From positions 44,560,602 to 44,624,601 of the forward strand of contig JARDVH010000193.1 of assembly GCA_030324005.1 (NCBI GenBank): a DNA stretch of 64,000 nucleotides, in the 5' to 3' direction. Under the pieces are notes generated by a model that saw only the letters and a list, made by a program, of their open reading frames with translations, had not been told where the DNA came from and made no database searches. The position numbers and the translations under genes were made by a program. Shown in pieces: positions 26,352-38,575 of the stretch. The stretch's first letter is position 1; each line of letters starts with the position of its first letter. The stretch comes from Negaprion brevirostris (Eukaryota).

Positions 26352-26775
26352 AAAGCATTCTGCAAGGGTTGTGAACATAGCCCAGTCCATCACGCAAATC
26401 AGCCTCCCATCCACGGACTCTGTCTACACTTCCCACTGCCTCAGAAAAACAGCCAGTGTAATCAAGGACCCCTTGCACCCTGAACATTCTCTCTTCCATC
26501 TTCTTCCGTTGGGTAAAACATACAATAACCTGAGGTCATGTACCAACTGACTCAAGATCATCTTCTTCCCTGCTGCCATCAGACTTTTAAATGGGTCTAC
26601 CCTATATTAAGTTGACCTTTCTCTATATCCTAGCTATGACTATAACATTACATTCTGCACCCTCTTCTTTCCTTCTTCCCTATGTACACTATGAATGGTA
26701 TGCTTTGTCTCTATGGCGCACAAGAAACAATACTTTTCACTGTACAGTGATATGTGTGGCAATAATAAATCAAAA
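26352..26775 (+). mobile_element. Rex1/Babar-like LINE 3' end
   Basis: RVVNIAQSITQISLPSTDSVYTSHCLRKTASVIKDPLHPEHSLFHLLP, with tail ending aataataaatcaaa. Confidence 0.8.
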
Positions 26776-26932
26776 CGACAGAAGTTATCATCTCCCCCAA
26801 ATGTATCAGTTCAGCTTTTGGTCAACTTGAGGAAAAAGGCATTTGTGAACCAAGACCTCAGACCAGAGGCTAAGATTGTGACTCACGTGCAGCAGTGATC
26901 CCCATGTGCCTACATGCTCCAGAGGCTTGGAT

Positions 26933-27229
26933 AAGGTTTATTTGTTAGTCACAAATAGGCTTATATTAACACAGCAATGAAGTTACTGTGAAAATCCCCT
27001 AGTTACCACAGTCCGGCACCCGTTCGGGTACATTGAGGGAGAATTCAGCATGACCAACTTATTTAACCAGCACATCTTTTGGACTGTGGGAGGAAACCGG
27101 AGCACCTGGAGGAATCCCATGCAGACATGGGGAGAATGTGCAAACTTCACACAGACCTGAAGCCGGAATTGAACCTGGGTCCCTGGTGCTGTGAAGTAGC
27201 AGTGCTAACCACTGTGCCACCATGCCGCC
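26933..27229 (-). mobile_element. Full-length V-SINE (alternative tail), about 50 nt from the exon 12 donor
   Basis: Head ggcggcatggtggcacagtggttagcactgct, V core and tail ...tgtgactaacaaataaac. Confidence 0.9.
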
Positions 27230-27281
27230 TCAAGTTAATTCTTTCTGCTAGGGCTTGCAAAATAAATAGTACTTGCAATAC

Positions 27282-27427
27282 CTGCAACATTTTTTTGTGT
27301 GTCGCATTCTTCCCATATTCACGACAAAGTTGTTCACTCAAGGCTTGCAACTCCCGTCCAAATTGGATCATGCGTTCTGATGCGGCTTGGTTTCCACAGC
27401 AGAGCTGACGCTGAGGGCAGCTGTGCT
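27282..27427 (-). CDS. RANBP10: RANBP10 exon 12 equivalent, start of CRA domain, 146 nt
   Basis: ccgattatag|AG CAC AGC...TTG CAG|gtattg. Translation (E)[48 protein letters not shown]. Confidence 0.94.
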
Positions 27428-30211
27428 CTATAATCGGAGAAATGCATTATGCAGAAGAATATTTTAAAAACTGATAAAGACTCACCATCATGATGACACA
27501 AACTAAATTTTAAATTTCTAACTATGGGAACTTCATGCAAGTCAACTGCTATACTTTAGCCAAGGATCAGTTGCAAAATATTTATTGTTGGACACCATAA
27601 AGATCACACTAAAAGAAATGAATGTCAAGTTATTGATGTGGTTAAATATCAACACAGACACACCTCTGTATATTGTTCTTAAGAGTCTGAGGTTAGCTGC
27701 ACTGTGATAGCAATGCTTATAGCAAATGCATTCCACATGTAAGTCTTAGTATTAGCAGCATTTGTCATGGCAAATTGGAGAATAAGATGTTTGAGGTTTC
27801 TATCTCCACTCTTCAGTTTGTCTTTCTCTGTCCTGCTTCTTTTTCTCTCTCCCCTTCAGCTGTTTGTTTTACTCTCCATTTCCCTTTGCTTTTCTCTTCA
27901 TTTATAGTGGTTTATCTTTTTTGTTTTCAGCTAAGCATTAACGATAATGGTGATAGTGAAGGGAGCTGTAGGACGTGGATAAATATTTTCTAGTGGTAGC
28001 TACCGGTCAAGTGGGGAAAAGGAGGGACATGGGCTTCAGGCTGCATTTTTGGGGGCAAGTGTATGAATTGAAGCATATAAAAAAAAGAGACTGCTGCCTG
28101 GAAGGTGAAGGCAAGGGAAAGAGAAAGCATTTAACATACAAGTTAGCTAGTGAATCTGGAGATGTGGAATTAAGAAGAGCAGCAAAAAAATANNNNNNNN
28201 NNNNNNNNNNNNNNNNNNNNNNNNNNNNNNNNNNNNNNNNNNNNNNNNNNNNNNNNNNNNNNNNNNNNNNNNNNNNNNNNNNNNNNNNNNNNNNNNNNNN
28301 NNNNNNNNNNNNNNNNNNNNNNNNNNNNNGCTGAAGGGAGGAATTTTTTTTAAAGATATGTGCAGAACTGGAAGTAAACCATCATCTGGTCTTCAGATTC
28401 GATGCAAAATTTAAGCAGACAAAATGCCTAAAGCAGTCAGGAGTGAGTAAAAGAGATGAAAGGGCATGGCACAAGTGACAGGCTACAGGAAAAATTGAAT
28501 TTGTTCTGAAATTTAAATTCATTACTCATTGCTGCACTTATTGAAGAGTGGGCTTTCAATGCTTTCAAAGGTAACAACTAAATTGACAAAAATTGAAAAT
28601 GCTCATATAGCATTTTGTAAACTTGAGCGCCACTGAAAGCAGTGAAAAGCTGGATACCAGCTGCTGAAATTGGCTTGATTCAAGTTGGAATACTACTGAA
28701 AGAGAAAAAGATGAGGCAGAAGCAGAAAATGCATCTCAGAGTGAGATAGGCAGTCCATACTTCCAAGGACTTTTGGCTGACATTGGTGAACAATCATAGG
28801 AATACGTCTCATTATTTATCACTGGAGGTGCCATAGGAGAAAGCAACAACCTCAGAAAATAATGATAATTAATATAAATTACACAAGGATAGAATAGTTG
28901 GAATTAGTGGTGGATGGGTGGGATTCAGGGGGCAGATGAATGAATGTGACGTAATCAATCAGGGACAGGATAAAGCGATGGCCCTGATTTGGTCATAGTA
29001 ATGACTGCAAAAATCTCAGTATTCACTGTCATTGCCCCTCTGAAGCTGACAGTAGATTCTAATTTCAGCTTATATGCAGTTAAAGGCTGAAATCCACAAA
29101 CTGCTGTCAGTGATTCAGTGTTCCTCTGGAGGATGTGCTATTGAGGTGTCAACAGTAATTACTGTGAGTAAGCCCTGCGCTAACAAGTCGGTCGGTAAGC
29201 CCTGCGCTAACAAGAATTTGCCCTATTATGTTATTAAACTCACTGTAGAAACACCTGATTAAGTTTCATCTTGTTGACCAAGATGCAATTGGGTTTCTAA
29301 ATGGTGCACCAAATTCATAATTATTGCTGAAAAATCTCTGACCCTGAAAAGAGAAACCAATTTTATATTTGTGCTCAAAGGGAAGTGGGTTTCGGTTCGT
29401 GGGGCACTTGCGTCAGTACTAGAGAAGTGAGGTCTGTTGGGACATCCTACATCTGAACTGTGCTGGAGAGTGTTCTTGCCAACTGCTAACTAGGCAGAGA
29501 AGACTTTAATCTAAATAGAACACTGGGAGATGGTTCTGGAGAGGGACATGTAGGTTTACTAAGAAAAAGAATATGACAGTATTGCAAGGTGACTTTTTAG
29601 GTGTGAGACAGAGCGTAAAAGGAAGGGCAGAATGTACTAATTTTTTTTTAAAAAGCAGCAAATAAGGCCAAAAAGAGAAAAAAATGATAAAAAGGTAAAA
29701 TTAATGGCTCTTTACTTAAATGCATAAAGTATCCAATACAATATAAACGAATAAATGGCATATATTGAGGTTGTGTATGATCTTGTAGCCATTACAGAGA
29801 TGTGGTTACAAGGAGATCAAAGCTGGAAAATAAATGTCCAGGGATATGTGACTTTTCACAAGGACAGGTCGGAAGGAAAGTGTGGTTGGGTAGCTTTGTT
29901 AGTACAAGATGGAATAAATACAATGGCAAGAAACGATCTTGGATCGGAAGATGTAGAATCCATATGGGTGGAAGAAAGAAATAACAAGACGACATTGATG
30001 GGAGTAGTCTATATGCCCCCCTAACAGTAGCTGTAATATAGGATGGAGAATAAATCAGGAAATGAAGACGGCATGTGAAAAGGGCAGTATGTTAATCATA
30101 GGTGACTTTGATCTTCATGTGGATTTGGCAATCAAATTGGCAGAGGTAGCCACAAGGAAGAAGCATGCGGAACAGTTTCCTAGAATGATATGTTGTGGAT
30201 CAAAGCAGGGG

Positions 30212-30537
30212 TCATAAATCATAGCAGTCATAGAACCCTACAGTGCAGAAAGAGACCCTTTGGCCCATTGGGTCTGCACCAAACACAATCCCACCTAGGC
30301 CCTACCCCNNNNNNNNNNTGTCCCATCCCCACTCAATGACCCCAAAGCATGTCACAGCCCTTGCAACCGCACTTCTTTGGACCGTGGGAGGAAACCGGAG
30401 TACCCGGAGGAAACCCATACAGACACGAGGAGAATGTGCAAACTCCACAGAGACAGTGACCCAAGCCGGGAATTGAACTCAGGACTCTGGAGCTGTGAAG
30501 CAGCAAGCAGCAGTGCTAACCACTGTGCTACCGTGCC
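30212..30537 (-). mobile_element. HE1-type V-SINE
   Basis: ggaccgtgggaggaaaccggagtacccggaggaaaccc core, plus tRNA head. Confidence 0.88.
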
Positions 30538-30644
30538 AGTCAGGCCACCTTGGATCTGGTACTGTGCAATGAGGCAGTTTTAATAAACAACCTCAGAGTA
30601 AAATATCCCTTAGGATAATACCATAAATGCTCCAAGTAATGTAG

Positions 30645-30920
30645 CAGATGGCACAGAGGTTAGCACTGCTGCCTCACAGCGTCAGGAGCCTGGGTTTGAT
30701 TCTGGCCAGTCACCTGCATGGAGTTTGCATGTTCTTTCAGCATCTGCGTGGCTTTCCTCTGGGTGCTCCGGTTTCCTCCACAATCCAAAGATGTAAAAGT
30801 TACGTGATTAGCCATGGTAAATGTGTGGCATTACAACGATAGGTCTGGGTAAGATGTTCTTTCTACAAGATGGTGCAGACCTGGTGGGCCAAATGGCCTT
30901 CTTCTGCACTGTAGGGGTTT
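30645..30920 (+). mobile_element. HE1-type V-SINE
   Basis: Head ggcacagaggttagcactgctgcctcacagc; CR1-like tail gggccaaatggccttcttctgcactgtagg. Confidence 0.88.
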
Positions 30921-31787
30921 GATGGAAACAGTGGTCATACCAATGTAGAATTTAGCATTCAGTTTGAAAGTGGTAATGCAAGATAAAAATCTAAGTGCAG
31001 GACTTTCTGTCCCTTCCCAGTGGTGGGTTCTTCTGGTCTAAGGTGACTCCCCTGCAGCAGAGTTCCCTGACAGTGTAATGGGCAAGTCACGTAAAATGCT
31101 GTAGACATTGGTAGGAAGTTCCGACCTGGTGGCTCAAGGTTAGCCATCTTCACTTGAGGAGCCAATGACAAGAGTTTATTTAGATAGAACTGAGGGACGA
31201 TAGGGCATTATGCTAACAGATGTATCCTATACGTCACCAAATAATGGGAAGGTGATAAAGGAGCAAGTTACAAAGATGCAGAGTTGCAATTATTGAGAAT
31301 GGGGATCTTCAATTATCCTTAACCTGGGATACTAACAGTGTTTGGAATTAGGGAGAGGAATTCAGGAGGAGAAGTCATCCAGAATTGTATAAAAGACAAT
31401 TTTCTTGATCAGTGTTTTTCAACTCAAGAAAGGAAATCATGCTGGATTTAATTCTCACAGTGAAGTGGTTGGGATGAACAGGGGAATGTTTGGGAAATGG
31501 GGATCATCAAAAAATTGAGTATAATAACTATCATTGTGGTAAACTGCATTAAAAGCAGTACAGTAGTTCACCAGAAGAAATTTGAGGGACAACGTTATTC
31601 AAGAACACAGACTGTTGGTCTTGGCATAATTTGAACTTTGCTTAACGCTTTATAATGGCCTTTTGTAATAATGAGGATTTATCTGCTTCATCACTGCTGA
31701 TGAGAAGGTACATTACTACAATGAAAAAAAATGATTGGTCACGGGATAATTCACAGACCTAATAAACCAAACTGATTATATTAAAAA

Positions 31788-32120
31788 GCGACAGCATGGT
31801 GGCACAGTGATTAGTACTGTTGCCTCACCACAGCACCAAGGATCCGGGTTCAATTCCAGTTTTGTGAGATTGTTTGCACATTTACCCTATATCTCTGTGG
31901 GTTTCCTCCAGGTGTTCTGGTTTCCTCCCACAGTCCAAAAATGTGCAGGGGTTAGGTGGACTAATGTTGCTAAATTGCTCCTTAGTGTATGGTTTGGGGA
32001 TTAGTGGGATAAATACATGGCGTTACAGGGATAAGGTAGGAGGATGGACCTGGGTAAAATGCTCTGTTGGAAGAGTCAGTGCAGACTTGATGGATCCTTC
32101 TACATTGTAGGGATTCTCTA
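31788..32120 (+). mobile_element. HE1-type V-SINE
   Basis: tRNA head, V core and tail ending ttgtagggattct. Confidence 0.88.
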
Positions 32121-32199
32121 ATTCTAGACATCATCAGGATTGGAATCATTACAGAAACTCTCATTTATATAACTTTACTGATACAGTAAAATGTCCACT

Positions 32200-32790
32200 T
32201 TCGCAAAACTATCAGAAAACAAAATTTGACACTGAGCTACATAAGGAGTTATTAGGACAAAATGACCAAGGGCAAAGAGGCAAATTAGAAGCTTAATCTT
32301 AAAAGGTGGAGAGGTACAGAGGTTTAGAGAGGAAATTTAGCTGAAGACCTGGCCACCAATGGTGGGATGATAAAAAATTGAGATGCACAAGAGGTCAGAA
32401 GTGGAGAAGTGCACTGGTTTTAAAGGCTTGTAGAGCTGAAAAAGATTCCAGAACAGGGAAAGAGCGAGTCCATGGAGAGATGTGAAAACAAGAATGAGAA
32501 TTTAAAAATTGAGCATTACCAAGTGAAGAGCAAATGTAGGCCAGGAGCAGTGGGCATGGTGCAAATTAGGATATGGACAGCAGAGATTAGGATGAGCACA
32601 AGTTCCTGTATGGTTGAAGACTGGATGGATAAGAAACCAGATGAAGGCAGTTCCACCCATTTGGATAACGCAGTGGAGAATGATGTGTGGGGTTAACTCT
32701 GTCAAAGGATAGACTGAAGATGATGAGAAGTGGATAGTTTACCATGATCACAGTCATATAGGATATAATTTATGACTTTGTTAGGAGCTA
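32200..32790 (-). mobile_element. L2 LINE 3' fragment
   Basis: Purine-rich reverse-complement L2 tail (aaaatttgacactgagctacataaggag...). Confidence 0.6.
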
Positions 32791-32799
32791 GGATGGGGC

Positions 32800-35700
32800 G
32801 TAATTAAGNNNNNNNNTTCTTAACTAGAGGGTGGCTAAAACCAATGAGTTGAAGAGATCTGACCGAGCGGGTTAGGATCAAAAATCAGGGGGCAAAGCAC
32901 TAATTCAACAAAGGGAGGCATTCAAAAAGAGGAGATGCTTTGGGTACAGGGAAGACACATTCCCAAAAGGGAGAAAGGAAGGACAGTGAAAAGTTCCCTG
33001 GATGACCAAAGATACGATTAAAAGAAACAGAAAAGGGAGGCTTATGACAAACATAACAATTTAGGGTCGTAAATAAAAATACTGGCCTAGTAAGTGATGT
33101 CCACATCTCCAGCAAGAAAAAAAATACAACGAGCAAAAGGCAGGGCAGGGGAAGCTAAAACAGCAACATTACTAGTGGAGGAGTCTCTAGAAGATGTGTG
33201 GCTGCAGGAATGGACGATTGACGGTATCTGAAAAGACAGATGAAAGCCTGTTCTTTGTTGACACCAAGAGATGAACTGAAATATTTGCTCCATAATGAAG
33301 AAAAATTGAACCCACTGCAAATTGATCTAAAAGGATCTTTATCTAGAAGCGGGGGTATGTCTGGAGAATTAAATGAGTTCTTTGAATCTGTATTCAATAC
33401 ACAGAAAAGGATATTGCCAATGTTGCAGTGAAGGGTGCAGTAACAATATTTGCAAAGGGAAAAAACAGATAGGAAAAAAGAGTATTTAAAAAGGTTGGCA
33501 GCACTCAAAGTAGAAAAATCACCTGGTCCAGGTGGAATGCATTCAAAGTTACTAAGGGAATTAAAGTTGGTCATAACCTTCCTTACATATGGGAGAGGTG
33601 CTAAAGAACTGATTAAGAGGAACAGTCGGTCTAACGTTGCTGGTGGGGAAACTTCAGAGACAAAATTAATTGACAATTGGAAAGGTATGGTCTAATAAAT
33701 GAAAATCAACAAATACTTGTTAAAGGTAAATATTGTTTGATTGAATCAGTCCTTTGCTTCAGCACTAGGCACCAAGCTTCAACACTTGGGCTTAATGCTG
33801 TTGTATATGGATTTTCAAAAAATAAAAATATCACATAATAGACATATTTGCAAGATTAAAGCCAATGGGGATTTATAGGGACAGTGCCAGAGTGGATTAA
33901 AAAAACTGGCTATGGGACAAGTAGTAAAGATTAGCAGCGAGTTAATGGCTGTTTCATAGACTGGAATGAATAATACCGCACTGCTCCTTAGTGGTTAGTG
34001 TTAGGACTGCTACTCTATTTGAAATACAGGTATGATGTCCAAAGTCTAGCTGTTTGAAAACGATAACGAGTGGCTATCTTGTGTGTGAGGTTGCAGTACG
34101 ACAATATACAATTTCCCTATAACAACACAATGACAGGTGCCTGACGCCTCTTGTTTCAGTATTATGCACCTGATTCATGTTGTAAACGGCTCATTTGAAA
34201 CAGCAGAGCTACACTGGCATACTATACTGGTCAACTGACCCCAGGCAAGTAAGGGAAATTTGTGAAATTTCACCCTTAACATGCAACGCCAAGCACTCTT
34301 CAGTCATCTGGCTACAACTCTGAGACAGGTGGTCAGATCTGTTTGCAGTCAATGGCATATGAAAACACTCAGTGAACAGTGCCCACGAATAGCCCCTGGT
34401 CTGGTGGAGAGAATTGAAAAAACAGAAAATAACTGTATTGTGACCAACCCATTCTGTGCAATCAAGAGCACAGCAGACATTGACTGTTGAATCGTGTTTG
34501 AAGCAACTGCCTGGCTTTGGGCAGCCAGAGAAGTTGGAATCCATGGAGTTGGACATAAAAACTCTGCAGGAAACGAGGCTCATTTTGCCGGTAAAAATGG
34601 TGCCTTGTCTGTTTACTGATCCAAAATCCAGAGCGGGTTATGGTCCAAAACAGTGATGGATTTTGGGCATCGTACCTGTACATTAATGATGCGAACATAA
34701 GAGTAGAATTTCAAAATTCACAGATAATGTGAAACTTGGATCGTAAGTAGACAATTAGGAGGATAGCAACATATTTCAGCAGAACAGACTAGTGAAAAAG
34801 ACCATACAGCAGATGAATTTTAACGTGGCTGTAAACATAGTGATTCAGGTTAGTATGGCCATAAAAAAAGCAAACAAAGCAATGGAATCAATTTCTACAA
34901 TATTAAAAAGCAAAGTAGTTACGTCAACTTGCATAAAATGTTGATTAGAGCATCCTGGGAGCAGCCTTGCAGCAGAACAGAAGTCTTTAAGATTATAAAA
35001 GAGTTTGATAGGGTAGATGTACGTATGATGCTTCCTTTGCAGAGGTGGTCGGAACTACTGGCCATAAATACAAGTTGGTTGCTAATAAGAGAATTTAGGA
35101 GAAATATATTTAGCCAGAGAGTGATTAGGATGAAGAAGTCCCTGCAACAAAGAGTGATTGAGATGACTAGTACAAGTTAATTTTTGGAAAAGCTGCATAA
35201 GCACTTTTGGAAGAGAGGAGCATATAGATGGGTTTATATAAAAATTTGTATGGAGTATAAACATTGGCATGAAGCTGTTGGGTTGAATCACCTATTCTTG
35301 TGCTGCATAGTCTGCTTAATACCATGTGATATGCATGTGTGAAGTGTTATGATTTGGTAAAAAAAATTAAAAGAGGCAATCTAAAGTAAATTATTCAATT
35401 TTAAAGATGATGTAGAACAGAGAGAGACGAAGGGCGTACGCACACAAATCTTTGAAGGTGATGGATCAAGTTGAGAAGTCATTAAGAACATAGATGGAAC
35501 CCTTAGTTTAGAGTACAAAAGCAAGGAGATTATGCTAACTGTGTATAAAAAAACTAGTTAGGCTTCTGCTTTACTATTATACTTAATTGTTATATTACAC
35601 ATTGGGAAGAATAGCAAGGCTCTTAAGTGTTGGTGGGGAAAAGATTTACTAGAACAGTAGGAGGGCAAGTATCTTCAGTCACACATAGAGACTGAATATA

Positions 35701-36060
35701 TTGAGGTTGCTCTCCTCAGTGTAGAAAAGGTTTAAGGGAAACAGAGGGGTGCAAAATTCTGAACAGTTTTGATAGAGTAAATAAAATTAAACTGTTACCA
35801 GTGGCCAAAGAATTAGTAATCAGAGGACATAGGCTTAAAGAAGCTGGCAGAAGAATAGAGGTAACATAAAGAACACTTTTCTTTAGTGTAGAGTGTTCTA
35901 ATTTGGAATGCACTGCCAGAGAAGTGTGGTGGAAGCAGGTTCACTCCAAAAGTGAACTGGATAGTTACCTGAAGTGAAAAAGGTATCTGGCATTGGGCTT
36001 GTTGGATTGCTCTACCGAAGAACCACCAAAGCATGATGAGCCAAATTACTTCATTATACT
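32800..36060 (+). mobile_element. Highly decayed CR1 fragments
   Basis: LKVEKSPGPGGMHSKLLREL, YMDFQK, FSQRVIRM and a second C-terminal copy at 35340-36060. Confidence 0.75.
34027..34678. mobile_element. Tc1/mariner (pogo/Tigger-like) MITE, 652 bp
   Basis: TIRs CAGGTATGATGTCCAAA / CAGGTACGATGCCCAAA (15/17), with TA on both sides. Removing it restores the CR1 RT reading frame (..LFEIYIND..). Confidence 0.88.
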
Positions 36061-36797
36061 TTGATTCCATCAGGGTANNNNNNNNNNNNNNNNNNNNNNN
36101 NNNNNNNNNNNNNNNNNNNNNNNNNNNNNNNNNNNNNNNNNNNNNNNNNNNNNNNNNNNNNNNNNNNNNNNNNNNNNTGATTCCATCAGGGTATAGTCAC
36201 TTCTGTTTACACTAATCGTTTTACTTCTGAGCACCTGGATTGAGAACAATCTCATGACTATGGAATTTACATTACTACCTATTGCAGAGGATAAGAGGAG
36301 CATGGGTACATATTCAAAACCATATAGTATCCTTCAGTTGTAAAGGATGATGAAGAGCTAAATAAGCAGCAGCAAATCCAGAGGATAGGGCATGTCAGGC
36401 AGAACAAAAGGTTGCTCAGCTTTAGGAATGGTGATGCAGTCAGCCTTGTGATCGAAAGCTGGAAGATTAAAAAATCTCAGAGTTATGTATTTATTTTGGT
36501 GGTGATGGGTTCACAATTCTTGGGGTGAGTGGATCAATTCCACCTTTAGAATAGGCCATCATAGTTGCAGCTAGATTCTAGGAGGGACTGAAGCCAGGAA
36601 AAGGAAGACTGTGGGTGTGGGAGAAAAATGACAAAAAAATAGTTGAGTGCAGATTCTCACTTTGCTAATTCTTCGTACAAGTGGCCAATTTCCACAGATT
36701 TTTCCTCACATTGTCCTTTCCCAAACACATTTGTCTATAGATCCAACCTTCTTTCGCTCTCAAAGCATGCATGCCCCTGCCCTCTGCCTCATCCTAC

Positions 36798-36922
36798 CCA
36801 TGCTGGACTCATCCGTCTGCAGGATTTCTTCGTGCTTATAGTTGCCATTCATTATTCTAGTGGAGGTGTTTTCCAAGACTCCATTGGTGTAGTGCTCTGG
36901 TTCCATTTCCATTTCACTGTCA
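36798..36922 (-). CDS. RANBP10: RANBP10 exon 11 equivalent, acidic linker, 125 nt
   Basis: ttgttcaccag|T GAC AGT GAA ATG...AGC ATG G|gtagga. Translation [41 protein letters not shown]. Confidence 0.93.
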
Positions 36923-37298
36923 CTGGTGAACAATAACACACAAAATCAGGTGGCAAAGTTCTCCAATTCACTTCAATGGATCAACTGAGATGGGCAATGG
37001 TCATGAAGCACAAACATTTTCTATCCCCAGCAAAACATAAAAAGAGTACAAGTCTTCAACTTTTCTTCTTCTACTTTAACTCACAGGCCTGCAGCCAGGT
37101 TGCTCTAAAGGCATGAATGCAGACCAGCTAAGTCTTTTTCCACTTTAGATTGCCTTCTTCTTCCTTGTTTGAAGGATGGTAGAGGGTGTTTGGCTAGCAA
37201 CTCACCAAAGGGGGAATCTCAGACATATGTGTCTTGAGATTTAATTGGAGCTACATACTTCTTTTTAAAAAGTGAATTCGCCTTTCCACACACACTAG

Positions 37299-37959
37299 GG
37301 CAGAATACTTCTGGCCCTAGGTGTTAGGAATTGCTGGTGGGAGTTGGAATGTTTCCAGCAAAATAACAGGGGTGCTCTGGGTTGGGATGGTTTCCTGATG
37401 CAGTCCTGCTGCAGGGAAACTTGTCCAAATAGCAAGCTGTAAGGCAGGCACCCAATCTACAGAATTAAAGGCCCCATGAAGCATAATTTTATGGGACTTC
37501 TGGCATTTTACCAACAGCAGATGTCCCCTACTGTACAAGCAGCCTCTGTCAGAGTCTGAGGTGGTGGTCAAGGGCAGAAAAGGTAGCTCTCACAATTCCC
37601 TCCCAGGGGAACTTTGCCTTGCAAATGGCAGGGCTTCCCCCCTCAGCTATCCTGAATTTTAATTTTTAAATTGCTTCTCCAAGGAAGCCTCAATCCTGAG
37701 GCATCCCAAGGACTGCTGCCTGCCTTAGTAGCACCCACCGTTTCTGTGGCTGTTCCTGAAGATTCAGAGCTGTCAGCCCTGTAAATACCTGGCAGCATCA
37801 GGCACCCATTTGCCATTCTTAATTGGATGAAGGGCCCTGAAGCAGTCAATAATGTTAGCAGTAAAAATCATTGAGCTGGTCCTGCTGCCTGGACTGTGGG
37901 CTCAGGACTTACTTTTTGGCCCGATGTTGGGGTCCTGAAGTCCACAAGAAAATTCAGCC
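37299..37959. mobile_element. PIF/Harbinger-like MITE
   Basis: Termini GGCAGAAT / GGCTGAAT (inverted), flanked by a 3-bp direct repeat TAG (37296-37298 and 37960-37962). Confidence 0.62.
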
Positions 37960-38404
37960 TAGCTGTCAGTGGTGAGAAGAGAATGTACTAACTCACTAAA
38001 TGCAATAATCGAGTTTTTTCAAGCCCAGCACACATTTCACTGTCATGATGTACAGGCATTTTCACAGTGATAAAGAATCAAAAACAATCATAAATCAAAT
38101 CACAGCTTTCTCTAGTACAAAGCTGATGAGACTGGGCATGAATTGTCAAAATACATTATTGACCTGGCCATTTACTTTCTGGTTTTAACTTGGATTAGGC
38201 ACATTGTGTGCCTGAACGGCTTTTTGCAAGAGTACACAAAGTGAAGATCTGGAAACTCCAAAGCTCAGCAGGTACATATTAGAAAAACCTAGATCAGAAG
38301 TCAGTATATTCCTGATTTTCATAGTAAAAAGAGAAAATCAAATTAATTCAGCTGTAAATTTGACAAAGCTGCAACTTGCTACTACNNNNNNNNNNGCTAA
38401 TGTA

Positions 38405-38575
38405 AAAGCAAAATTGTGGATTCTGGAAATCTAAAAACAGAAAATACTGGAAATATTCAGTAGGTACAGCAGCACTTGTAGAGAGAGAACAGAGCTAGAA
38501 TTTCAGAATAATTGAGCTGAAATGTCAACTCTGCACACAGGCTGATTATTTCCAGCATTTTCTGTTTTTATTTCA
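38405..38575. repeat. Palindromic Penelope-like remnant (hairpin)
   Basis: aaaaacagaaaatactggaaat (~38433-38454) pairs with atttccagcattttctgttttt (~38548-38569). Confidence 0.7.

Larger units (their letters stand above)
29375..30985 (+). mobile_element. CR1 5' portion: ORF1 esterase end plus ORF2 endonuclease, interrupted by two V-SINEs
   Basis: GFRFVGH...LHLN (SGNH-like ORF1 end) at ~29390; YDLVAITEMWLQGDQ...VESIWVE in ORF 29755-30024. Confidence 0.85.

Noticed and set aside
26933-27229. tRNA genes at A/B-box-like sequences
   Set aside because: These are tRNA-derived SINE heads followed by the V core; none forms a complete cloverleaf.
29168-29214. CRISPR-like repeat-spacer-repeat
   Set aside because: Only two units with a 7-nt spacer, in vertebrate intronic DNA, with no cas genes.
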